64,000 nt of DNA from Bacteroidota bacterium (GTDB lineage: Bacteria; Bacteroidota; Bacteroidia; Bacteroidales; DTGW01). A model generated the notes under the pieces. That model saw only the letters and a program-made list of their open reading frames with translations. It searched no databases and was not told the DNA's origin. This document shows, piece after piece, positions 10,837-19,521 of the stretch (position 1 is the first letter of the stretch; the number at the start of each line of letters is the position of its first letter). Position numbers and translations under genes: made by a program. The stretch lies in the NCBI GenBank assembly GCA_029550865.1, contig JAKPGM010000079.1, positions 27,323 through 91,322 of the forward strand, in the 5' to 3' direction.

Positions 10837-10943
10837 GAATGAAACGAGCATGTAGAGCAGTATTCACAAACGAGTATGAAAATAATTTTTCATACCTGCT
10901 TGATTTTAGAGTACAAAACATATTACATGCGAGTTCCATCCGG
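10837..10943 (-). repeat. intergenic inverted-repeat element, copy a (core subfamily 1)
   Basis: GAATGAAACGAGCATGT...ACATGCGAGTTCCATCCGG. Its reverse complement is about 90% identical by eye to copy e. It is followed by an AT-rich segment and TTCGGATGAAAA containing the start codon at 10977. Confidence 0.8.
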
Positions 10944-10976
10944 CCTTTTAAGAAAAATTTTTAAAATTATTTTCGG

Positions 10977-11663
10977 ATGAAAAACGAAACAATCATTCAG
11001 AAGCTTGCAGAAATAAGAGCAATGTTGGAAGCACATGCTTCAGGTGTCATACCTGACATTGAGAAAGACCTAATTTTGAAGAATTTACAAGAAATATACA
11101 GTGCTATTAAATTTTCAGCATCAACACAGGAAAATTTTTCCATAGGTAATGATGCATCGGATTCGACAATAATAGCTGAGCACAATCAGGAAGAACTTCT
11201 GGAGATTGAATCTGACAAACTTGAAGAGCCCGTTCAGATTCAGCAACCTGAGAATTTAAAAACAACAAAAGAAATCCCGAAGAAAGAAGTGATAATAGAG
11301 GAAACAACTCAACCACAGGGACAAAAAACTTTAGCCGATCTGTATGGAACCAGGACACCACTCATGAATGAAGTGCTTGCCGAAAAAATGAAGCGAAAAG
11401 ATTTGTCGACGGTACTCCAGTCGAAACCAATCGATAGTCTGGAACATGCCATCGACATTAATGCAAAGTTTCTTTTTGTTCGTGAGCTGTTCTTCAACAA
11501 TGTGCAATTATTCGAAAAAACCGTACGTATTATTGATTCGGCGGCAACCTTCAACGATGCCTTCAATTACCTACAGCAGCAATTTTTATGGAATTACGAA
11601 TCGGAAGTGGTACAGCGTTTTTTAGAGCTGGTACGCCGACGTTTTATTAAGGATGAAGCATGA
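10977..11663 (+). CDS. hypothetical protein with acidic low-complexity linker
   Basis: 228-aa ORF whose stop overlaps the rsmI start (ATGA at 11660-11663). I recognised no motif. Confidence 0.55.
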   Translation: MKNETIIQKLAEIRAMLEAHASGVIPDIEKDLILKNLQEIYSAIKFSASTQENFSIGNDASDSTIIAEHNQEELLEIESDKLEEPVQIQQPENLKTTKEIPKKEVIIEETTQPQGQKTLADLYGTRTPLMNEVLAEKMKRKDLSTVLQSKPIDSLEHAIDINAKFLFVRELFFNNVQLFEKTVRIIDSAATFNDAFNYLQQQFLWNYESEVVQRFLELVRRRFIKDEA

Positions 11664-12331
11664 GTAAGCTATACATAGTACCCACCCCTATTGGCAATCT
11701 CGAAGATATAACCTTCAGGGCAATTAAAGTGTTGCAAGCAGTAGATTTTGTAATTGCTGAAGATACACGGGTATCGGGGATATTGTTAAAACATTTTCAA
11801 ATAAGCAAACCCATTTATGCCTATCATAAATTCAATGAGCATCAGGTGGTAATGCGTTTACTCGAACGTATACAGGGAGGTGAATCGGCGGCTCTGGTTT
11901 CCGACGCGGGTACGCCAGGTATTTCCGATCCGGGTTTTTTACTGGTAAGGGAGGCCATTAAATCGAATATTGAAGTTGAATGCCTACCAGGCCCCACCGC
12001 ATTTATTCCTGCCCTCATCGTGTCGGGACTTCCTTGCGAACGCTTTTGCTTTGAAGGATTTTTACCACAAAAGAAAGGACGTCAGAAACGTTTACAAGAG
12101 CTGAAAGAAGAAGTACGTACACTGATATTTTATGAATCGCCTCAGCGCGTACACAAAACGTTGGAACAATTGGCAGAATATTTGGGCAGTCATCGTAGAG
12201 CTTCACTTTCACGCGAAATATCAAAAATTCATGAACAAACCCTCCGTGGTACCCTCGAGGAATTAATAGCCACCATCCAGGATAAAAACCTGAAAGGCGA
12301 AATAGTGATTTGTGTTGAAGGGAAAAGATAA
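11660..12331 (+). CDS. rsmI: 16S rRNA (cytidine1402-2'-O)-methyltransferase
   Basis: LYIVPTPIGNLEDITFRAIKVL...AEDTR...SDAGTPGISDPG tetrapyrrole-methylase-fold signature of RsmI. Confidence 0.9.
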   Translation: MSKLYIVPTPIGNLEDITFRAIKVLQAVDFVIAEDTRVSGILLKHFQISKPIYAYHKFNEHQVVMRLLERIQGGESAALVSDAGTPGISDPGFLLVREAIKSNIEVECLPGPTAFIPALIVSGLPCERFCFEGFLPQKKGRQKRLQELKEEVRTLIFYESPQRVHKTLEQLAEYLGSHRRASLSREISKIHEQTLRGTLEELIATIQDKNLKGEIVICVEGKR

Positions 12332-12339
12332 TTGCTTCG

Positions 12340-13041
12340 CTATTTTTCGAGTATATTCAAAATTCCCTCTGCCTTCGTATTGAGTTGCCGGTCGTTTTTT
12401 ACCAGCCAGTTAAGATGCTTTCTACTTTCCTCTACATTGTTTAGCTTGAGCCAGGTAAGCGCAACATACCAATGGGCGCTCGCTGTATAGGTGTTGTACG
12501 GTGCATTAATTACTTTATGAAACGACTGGATTGCATTTTTATAATCCGACACCTCAATACACGATATTCCCTTGTAGAAGGCTGCCATAAGGGTACAATC
12601 GGGGATGGAAGTTTCGACATTGGAAAATAGCGTAATAGCCTTGTAAAATTCCTTATTCTCATATGCCTGTAAGGCCAAACTTAACAGATTACCCTCATTT
12701 CCCTGTTGAGCATCACGGCTCTGATATGTTACAGGATAGGGCTGATAATATGAATAGAAAATATCCTCATAATTTTTTCCCGAAGCAACAGCAGTAAAAC
12801 GAATTACCCCAACAATACCAATCAATATTACTACTGATGCCGCGATGGCAAGATATATGTTTCGCATTCCCCTGTTGTTGGAGAAGAGAGTACGATGTTT
12901 TCTCTCTTTTTCAACATACTCGGTGTGTACCTGTTTTAATACACGTATAAAATCCTGCTTCTGGGTATCCTGAAGTATCAGGTCGATTTCATTTTCGATC
13001 TCCTGATAGGAGACAAACGATAAATCCTGATTTGTTTTCAT
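12340..13041 (-). CDS. single-pass membrane protein with TPR-like domain; possible regulatory partner of the upstream sigma factor
   Basis: 233 aa with one TM helix (IYLAIAASVVILIGIVGVI) followed by TPR-like repeats (ALQAYENKEFYKAITLF, YKNAIQSFHKVI). It lies downstream of the sigma gene on the same strand. Confidence 0.6.
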   Translation of the reverse strand: MKTNQDLSFVSYQEIENEIDLILQDTQKQDFIRVLKQVHTEYVEKERKHRTLFSNNRGMRNIYLAIAASVVILIGIVGVIRFTAVASGKNYEDIFYSYYQPYPVTYQSRDAQQGNEGNLLSLALQAYENKEFYKAITLFSNVETSIPDCTLMAAFYKGISCIEVSDYKNAIQSFHKVINAPYNTYTASAHWYVALTWLKLNNVEESRKHLNWLVKNDRQLNTKAEGILNILEK

Positions 13042-13073
13042 CCGAGAATATTTTTAAATGTTTTTTAAATCGG

Positions 13074-13182
13074 TCGGATGGAACTCGCATGTGATGAGCT
13101 TTCTACACATAGGCAAGTACGAAACTGATAAATATTTTCATACTTGTTTGTGAATACTGCTCTACATGCTCGTTTCATCCGA
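13074..13182 (+). repeat. intergenic inverted-repeat element, copy b (core subfamily 2)
   Basis: TCGGATGGAACTCGCATGT...ACATGCTCGTTTCATCCGA. Its core resembles copy f. Confidence 0.8.
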
Positions 13183-13208
13183 AAATTATTTTAATGTTTT
13201 TAACAAAG

Positions 13209-13310
13209 TCGGATGGAACGTGCATGTAATCAGCCTTTAACCATATTGATTGGCATTTCGGTAAAATTCTCATACCTGTTTGGTTTGTTGCTATACATGC
13301 TCGTTTCATA
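13209..13310 (+). repeat. intergenic inverted-repeat element, copy c (divergent core)
   Basis: TCGGATGGAACGTGCATGT...ACATGCTCGTTTCAT, in tandem with copy b. Confidence 0.7.
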
Positions 13311-13349
13311 TATTTAAAATTTTCAGGCTCCAGTTCTGGTGTAGTCTTG

Positions 13350-13952
13350 TTAATTTTCCAACAGCTTTGACTTTAGCTCGTGGGTTAAGGTGGCAAGTTC
13401 TTTAAATCGTGGGTCTTTCATGATAATATTAATCAATCGTTCTTTGCATCTGAGGCGCCGATTCTTGGTATGCTGTTCGCTACTGTAGTGCATTATCTCA
13501 GTTATTTCGCGAATCGATTTACCCTCAAAAAATAGTCGGATGACTTTCTGACAATCGGCGGTGAGCTTACTAAAATAATGCCATACCAGCTGATGTTTTT
13601 CATTTTGAATCATATTCCACTGTACATCCTCATCGCTCATAATGCGTTCGCTCACTAACTCGGCTGGCACATAGCTATTTTTCTTTCGTAGTAAAGCCAT
13701 CCATACAAGCCTGCAAACACCATAGAGATAGGTATCGAAATAAGCGGTGAGGGTAAGCTGGTTTTCGCGAATTTTATTGTACACGATGATCATCGACTCT
13801 TGAAATACATCAGCCGCCTCATCCTTTGTACCCCCATTTGAAAGAACCAAATTTTCTATAATTTTATAATTCCTCTCGTAAATATGAGAAAGTACAGTAT
13901 GGTCATGCGCACGTATTCCTGCTATTATTTCTTCATTGGAAAACTTTCTCAT
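13350..13952 (-). CDS. RNA polymerase sigma-70 family (ECF-like) sigma factor
   Basis: Region 2-like DEAADVFQESMIIVYNKI and region 4 helix-turn-helix KSIREITEIMHYSSEQHTKNRRLRCKERL. Confidence 0.8.
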   Translation of the reverse strand: MRKFSNEEIIAGIRAHDHTVLSHIYERNYKIIENLVLSNGGTKDEAADVFQESMIIVYNKIRENQLTLTAYFDTYLYGVCRLVWMALLRKKNSYVPAELVSERIMSDEDVQWNMIQNEKHQLVWHYFSKLTADCQKVIRLFFEGKSIREITEIMHYSSEQHTKNRRLRCKERLINIIMKDPRFKELATLTHELKSKLLEN

Positions 13953-13979
13953 GTGCGACTGTACTTAATGTTTGTTCTT

Positions 13980-14018
13980 TAAAAAAAGTAACCCTCTGTA
14001 TTAAAAAAATGTTACTTT
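13980..14018 (-). terminator. candidate rho-independent terminator after gcvP
   Basis: On the minus strand AAAGTAAC (14018-14011) pairs with GTTACTTT (13992-13985), followed by a further T-run. The stem is AT-rich with an 18-nt loop, so the call is weak. Confidence 0.4.
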
Positions 14019-14087
14019 AATCAATAAAGCAATGCTCATTACAAAATTAGCATTATTCATAAAAAAAACAAACTGATAAACAATACT

Positions 14088-16946
14088 TTAAAAGGAGAAC
14101 CCACTGCACGAACACACCAGATTTCGGTCCCCATATGCATCGTTAATACGGGAAGAATAGGGCCAAAACTTGTTTTCCCTAACCCAGGGTAGCGGAAAAG
14201 CGGCTTTTATCCGGGAATAGGGAAATGACCAGTTATCGGCGGCTATCATCTCAGCGGTGTGAGGGGCATTCTTAAGCACATTGTTGTTTTTCTCATATTT
14301 TCCAGCGGCTATTTCTTCAATTTCGTCATAAATACAATACATCGCCTCAATGAATCTTTCGAGCTCAGCCAGGGATTCGCTTTCGGTAGGCTCAATCATC
14401 AGAGTGCCCGGTACCGGGAATGAAACGGTTGGCGCATGATATCCAAAGTCCATCAAACGTTTAGCAATGTCTATTTCTGTAACATCAGCTGTTTTTTTAA
14501 AGTCGCGGCAATCGACAATAAATTCATGGGCAACGGTATTATTTTTACCGGTGTATACAATTTTATACTTTTTACTTAACCGATTAGCCAGATAATTGGC
14601 TTTCAGGATAGCCATCTGGGTAGCATTGTGTAATCCGGATGCGCCCAGCAAACGGATATAGGCATAGGATATTTGAAGAATGTATGCGCTACCCCAGGGC
14701 GAAGCGGCAACAGCGTGAATACCATTTCGTCCTCCTACCGCAGCAAGTGGATGGGTAGGCAGAAATTCCACCAGATGGTCGGCTACGCAAATGGGGCCTG
14801 CACCAGGTCCCCCTCCTCCATGAGGTATTCCAAAGGTTTTATGCAAATTGAGGTGACATACATCGGCACCAATAAGCGCTGGTTGCGTAATACCTACCTG
14901 TGCATTCATGTTAGCACCGTCCATGTATACCTGTCCGCCATACTGATGTACTATGTCGCATATCTCGGTTACAGCTTCCTCAAATACACCATGCGTAGAA
15001 GGATAGGTAATCATTATACAACACAGGCTATCCTTATACTGTTCGGCTTTTTGCCGAAGGTCGTCCACATCGATATTCCCCTGCTGATCGCATTTCACCA
15101 CTACCACCTGCATACCTGCCATTGCGGCACTGGCAGGATTGGTACCATGCGCCGACGAAGGAATAAGAACAACCTTACGATTGCCCTGCCCAATATGCTG
15201 CTGATACTTACGAATAACCATCAAACCTGTATATTCACCTGCAGCACCTGAATTTGGCTGAAACGATATATGTGGAAAACCTGTTATCTCGCAAAGATAT
15301 TCTCCCAGGTCGTGCATCATCTGGTGATAGCCTTCCACCTGATCGAGGGGCACGAAGGGATGTATATTAGCCCATTCGGGCCAGCTAAGGGGAAGCATCG
15401 TAGTGGCAGCATTGAGCTTCATGGTACACGAGCCCAACGAAATCATGGAGTGGGTAAGCGAAATATCGCGTCGTTCAAGCTTTTTAATGTAGCGCATCAT
15501 CTCCGTCTCGGTATGATAACGCTGAAACACCTCCTGCTGCATAAATGCATCGGTACGCAATAGCTCGGCAGGAATACGCACCTCTTCCCTCAAACCTTGT
15601 AACGGAAGTATGCGTTTAAAATTGGCTACTGCAAAAAGTTCGATGAGCTGATTCAAATCATCGAGCGTGGTTGTTTCATCGAGGCTAACCGAAACGCGAT
15701 ATTCATCGATATACCGAATGTTTATCTGCCTTTCCTCGGCGATGGGCTTCAATTCACTGGAACGCAGCTCGTTGGGCAATTGAATGGTAAGAGTATCGAA
15801 ATAAGAAGCATTTAAAATGGTATAGCCCAACTGTGAGAGTGAATGAGCTAATGTAGAAGTAGAAAAGTGGATTTTACGAGCAATAGCCTTCAAACCTTCT
15901 GGGCCATGATACACGGCATACATTCCTGCCATAATAGCCAGCAATGCTTGAGCTGTACAAATGTTCGAGGTAGCACGTTCGCGTTTGATATGCTGTTCAC
16001 GGGTCTGTAGCGCCATACGCAAAGCTGGCCTACCCTGTGTATCGATGCTTACCCCAATAATACGACCCGGAAGGTTACGTTTATAGCGCTCGTTTGCAGC
16101 AAAATAGGCAGCATGGGGACCCCCATATCCAATAGGTACCCCAAAACGTTGGGTTGAACCCAGTACCACATCGGCACCCCATCGACCCGGAGGAACCAAT
16201 AGCGCCAGACTTAAAAGATCGGCTGCTACACTTACTTGAATATTATGCTCGTGAGCCTTATCTATTAAAGTTTGATACGAATGAATTTCACCATATACAT
16301 TAGGATATTGAAGCAAACAGCCAAAAACATCGTCGGAAAATGCAAAATCCTGATAATTTCCCTTAATAATCTTAATTCCAAAAGGTTCTGCACGAGTAAG
16401 TAGCACATCGTAGGTCTGAGGGAAAACCCCTTCATCAACAAAAAAGGTATTGGCATTGCTTTCAACCTGTTGAGCAGTACGGCAATTGTAAAACATCAGC
16501 ATAGTCTCGGCAGCAGCGGTAGCCTCGTCGAGCAAAGAAGCATTGGCAAGCGGCATGCTGGTAAGCTCCATCACCATCGTCTGAAAATTAAGCAGGGCTT
16601 CTAACCTACCCTGCGATATCTCTGCCTGGTAAGGGGTATAGGAAGTATACCACGAAGGGTTTTCAAATATGTTGCGCTGAATAACCGAAGGCATATAAGT
16701 GTTGTAATAGCCCAAACCTATGTAGGTTTTAAATAGCTTGTTTTTACTAGCTATCTCCCAGATATGTGCAAGGTATTCGGATTCGCTCAGCGCATCGGGC
16801 AACCGTAACGGACGCTGTATACGAATACCCGACGGTACAGTTTTATCTATTAGCTCTTCTATCGACTGAAGTCCCAGCGAATTTAACATGACATCTGCTT
16901 CCTGGCTGCTACCTGTCAAACGTTCAGAGAAATTATTAACGCTCAT
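14088..16946 (-). CDS. gcvP: glycine dehydrogenase (aminomethyl-transferring), glycine cleavage P protein
   Basis: 952-aa single-chain P protein with the PLP region CHLNLHKTFGIPHGGGGPG. Confidence 0.97.
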   Translation of the reverse strand: MSVNNFSERLTGSSQEADVMLNSLGLQSIEELIDKTVPSGIRIQRPLRLPDALSESEYLAHIWEIASKNKLFKTYIGLGYYNTYMPSVIQRNIFENPSWYTSYTPYQAEISQGRLEALLNFQTMVMELTSMPLANASLLDEATAAAETMLMFYNCRTAQQVESNANTFFVDEGVFPQTYDVLLTRAEPFGIKIIKGNYQDFAFSDDVFGCLLQYPNVYGEIHSYQTLIDKAHEHNIQVSVAADLLSLALLVPPGRWGADVVLGSTQRFGVPIGYGGPHAAYFAANERYKRNLPGRIIGVSIDTQGRPALRMALQTREQHIKRERATSNICTAQALLAIMAGMYAVYHGPEGLKAIARKIHFSTSTLAHSLSQLGYTILNASYFDTLTIQLPNELRSSELKPIAEERQINIRYIDEYRVSVSLDETTTLDDLNQLIELFAVANFKRILPLQGLREEVRIPAELLRTDAFMQQEVFQRYHTETEMMRYIKKLERRDISLTHSMISLGSCTMKLNAATTMLPLSWPEWANIHPFVPLDQVEGYHQMMHDLGEYLCEITGFPHISFQPNSGAAGEYTGLMVIRKYQQHIGQGNRKVVLIPSSAHGTNPASAAMAGMQVVVVKCDQQGNIDVDDLRQKAEQYKDSLCCIMITYPSTHGVFEEAVTEICDIVHQYGGQVYMDGANMNAQVGITQPALIGADVCHLNLHKTFGIPHGGGGPGAGPICVADHLVEFLPTHPLAAVGGRNGIHAVAASPWGSAYILQISYAYIRLLGASGLHNATQMAILKANYLANRLSKKYKIVYTGKNNTVAHEFIVDCRDFKKTADVTEIDIAKRLMDFGYHAPTVSFPVPGTLMIEPTESESLAELERFIEAMYCIYDEIEEIAAGKYEKNNNVLKNAPHTAEMIAADNWSFPYSRIKAAFPLPWVRENKFWPYSSRINDAYGDRNLVCSCSGFSF

Positions 16947-17126
16947 CTGGAAATAATTTTAATATTTTAAAAAATAGTTGAAAGAAACTCTCAGTACAGC
17001 ATAGCCTTTCCCAGGCATACCGGTTATGATTTTACTTGATTTTGATTACTGTAAAACTGCGTCGTTTCATTCATTGATGTTAATTTCAAGAATTCTTTCA
17101 AAACTAAGATATTTCAATTTACTGCA

Positions 17127-17765
17127 TCATGCGATAAAAGGGTTATATTTCAACTCGTAAGCAATAGTTGTATGTGGACCGTGGCCTGGGAATACAAGAG
17201 TATCTGGAGGTAGGGTGAGTAATTTTTCACGAATATGGGACATCAAGGTTTCATAGTCGCCCCCCATCAAATCGGTACGACCGATACTGCCTTTAAATAA
17301 AGCATCGCCAGTAAAAATACAATTATCGGTTGGACAATATACGGCCATGCCGGCTGGAGAATGACCCGATATGGTCAACACTATGGCCTCGGTTTTTCCC
17401 AGCATCACCGTATCATTTTCCCCTACCAGGTTCCATTGGCCAGTATACGGTTCGTAGGGTAAGCTAAAAAGCATGGCCTGTTGGGGCGCTGTCTGAATAA
17501 AATCGAGTTCATCTCGATGCACTACAGGCTGCAATCGATACCAACTACATATTCTTTCAAGTCCAAGGAGATGATCGACATGCCCGTGGGTTACGATAAT
17601 GCCGCTGGGCGTAAGTTGCTGCGATGCAATATAATTTTTCAGCGTCTCAAACTCCTCGAGTGTACTACAAGCTGGATCAATAATGGTACAATGCTTGCTT
17701 TCGTCCCACACTAAATAGGTATTGACCTGAAACGGGTTAAATACAAAAGTTTTTACTGTAATCAC
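17127..17765 (-). CDS. MBL-fold metallo-hydrolase (glyoxalase II-like)
   Basis: THGHVDH metal-binding motif, 212 aa. A 4-nt overlap with pcm suggests an operon. Confidence 0.85.
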   Translation of the reverse strand: MITVKTFVFNPFQVNTYLVWDESKHCTIIDPACSTLEEFETLKNYIASQQLTPSGIIVTHGHVDHLLGLERICSWYRLQPVVHRDELDFIQTAPQQAMLFSLPYEPYTGQWNLVGENDTVMLGKTEAIVLTISGHSPAGMAVYCPTDNCIFTGDALFKGSIGRTDLMGGDYETLMSHIREKLLTLPPDTLVFPGHGPHTTIAYELKYNPFIA

Positions 17766-18409
17766 TTGATTTCGATTCCTTTTAAAAGTGGCACAAAGAT
17801 AAAATTTCCATGAGAACTTTTTCGAAACTCGGTCTCACTAATTTTTTCGACCAACATCATTTGTTGAGCATTTTTTTTGCCCACGGGTACCACTAAACGT
17901 CCACCGACCTTAAGTTGTTGAAGGAGGGGTTGGGGAATTTCTTCAGCAGCTGCGGTAACGATAATTTTATCAAAAGGAGCATAAGCTGGCAATCCCAGGG
18001 TTCCATCGCTAAAAAAGAAGGTAGGCCGATATCCAAGCTGAGGAAGTAGATGCATAGCTTTTACATACAACTCTTTTTGGCGTTCGACGGTAAAAACACG
18101 AGCGCCCAACTCAATGAGAATAGCTGCCTGATATCCGCTACCCGTACCAATTTCAAGCACCTTATCGCCAGGTTTCACTTCCAGCAGCTGGGTTTGAAAT
18201 GCTACCGTAAAGGGTTGCGATATCGTCTGCCCCGCTCCAATGGGAAAAGCCTTGTCCTTATATGAATAGTTAATAAAACTGCTGTCCATAAACACATGGC
18301 GGGGTACCTTGCCAATAGCTGCCAAAACCCGCTCATCGCTTATCCCCTTCTGACGTAACTCTTCTACCAACTTCTGACGCAAACCTTTATGCCTGAAGCT
18401 ATCCTCCAT
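17762..18409 (-). CDS. pcm: protein-L-isoaspartate O-methyltransferase
   Basis: TISQPFTVAFQTQLL and VLEIGTGSGYQAAIL SAM-binding motifs. Confidence 0.9.
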   Translation of the reverse strand: MEDSFRHKGLRQKLVEELRQKGISDERVLAAIGKVPRHVFMDSSFINYSYKDKAFPIGAGQTISQPFTVAFQTQLLEVKPGDKVLEIGTGSGYQAAILIELGARVFTVERQKELYVKAMHLLPQLGYRPTFFFSDGTLGLPAYAPFDKIIVTAAAEEIPQPLLQQLKVGGRLVVPVGKKNAQQMMLVEKISETEFRKSSHGNFIFVPLLKGIEIK

Positions 18410-18578
18410 ACATCGTTTTTTGCAAAGTTAAAATTATTCGTGGCTTAGACGCCGAATTTTACTCCCGTATTTTTTTGACATGTCCACACAAAGTTACCAA
18501 CATGTTGATAAGTTTATGTTGGTGATGACTGATTTTATCCAATAAACAAATAAGTTTGTATGCAAACATGTCGTTGAT

Positions 18579-19442
18579 ATGCCGAAAATTGGGATATTAG
18601 GTATAACTGAAAACACTCCGACCATAATCCGTAAACTTTTACCAACGGAACACTACGAAATTATATGTTGGGACCATGATGATAATACGCTTGCGACAAC
18701 CTATCCCCTAAAAATTGCACAAAATCCATTCATCGTAATAGCCGAAGCTGACATTCTAATTATTGCCCGCAATGATGAAGGATGTTATGGATTGGTAAGT
18801 GAAAGTATTTTTGCGCTGAAACCAGTGATACTTGACAATCTACAACATTTTAATGTGCGGGAGTTAAACGATATATATAAACTTTCCATCGAAGCCGAAA
18901 TACCGGTAATACCCTATATCGACCCAAAGTTAAACGAATTGGTAAATTACATACACCAAATATTTCCCGATGGAATCCGCTTTGTAAATGGAACTATTAA
19001 AGGTCACCCCGACGGAATTAAAGGCGCTCAGCCCCTATTCAGGATAATGCTCCTCATCACCCTGTTGTTTAAAAGCAATATTCTGAGTAGCCATGCAGAG
19101 GCTTTCTACTGTAGCCAACCCAATAGCCCTATATACCTATATTTTACCCTATCCTCGGGTTCTGCTGCCTTTTTTTACGAACCATCCAATGAAAAGGAAG
19201 TTTTCTCAATAGACATTGTAGGAAAAAACTATACCCATTTCCTGGACCTGTTAAGCCTCGATAAACGAATTGATAACGATACTGAAACGAACAATTATTA
19301 TGCAGAATGCATATCGTCGATACTAACCAATAAGCACTACCCCGAACCTTTGCTCAACGTGTACGACCTGAAGCTATTAATCCAGGCATATCGCCAGATA
19401 ACAAACATTGTGCAGGAAAGACGCGAAAGAATTGAGCATTAG
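18579..19442 (+). CDS. hypothetical protein (N-terminus resembles a degenerate Rossmann/oxidoreductase fold)
   Basis: 287-aa ORF starting MPKIGILGIT without a canonical GxGxxG. I recognised no family motif. Confidence 0.5.
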   Translation: MPKIGILGITENTPTIIRKLLPTEHYEIICWDHDDNTLATTYPLKIAQNPFIVIAEADILIIARNDEGCYGLVSESIFALKPVILDNLQHFNVRELNDIYKLSIEAEIPVIPYIDPKLNELVNYIHQIFPDGIRFVNGTIKGHPDGIKGAQPLFRIMLLITLLFKSNILSSHAEAFYCSQPNSPIYLYFTLSSGSAAFFYEPSNEKEVFSIDIVGKNYTHFLDLLSLDKRIDNDTETNNYYAECISSILTNKHYPEPLLNVYDLKLLIQAYRQITNIVQERRERIEH

Positions 19443-19521
19443 GATTTTAATCCGAAAAATATTTGGTGGTTAAATGCTTTACGCATGGGGTGAGGCTGTA
19501 TTAAACCTGCCATCCAGCCTT

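Noticed and set aside
13036-13310. Possible CRISPR-like array (conserved segments alternating with variable segments of about 75 nt)
   Set aside because: The conserved segments are inverted, not direct, repeats. The variable cores recur elsewhere (b resembles f, a resembles e), there are only two units here, and no cas genes are present.
14673-15251. 192-aa plus-strand ORF inside gcvP, plus similar antisense ORFs inside valS, hom, folC, gldE, the GGGPS gene, ettA, bglX and nhaA
   Set aside because: All are embedded antisense or out of frame within strongly supported conserved genes, with no recognisable motifs.
16947-17126. Glycine riboswitch expected upstream of gcvP; also a possible eighth repeat copy (ACTGCGTCGTTTCATTC near 17070)
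   Set aside because: I could not find the conserved glycine-riboswitch cores (GGAGAG ... ACCGAAGGGGCAA-like) on the minus strand. The similarity to the repeat 3' end is about 60% over a short stretch, with no matching 5' inverted repeat.
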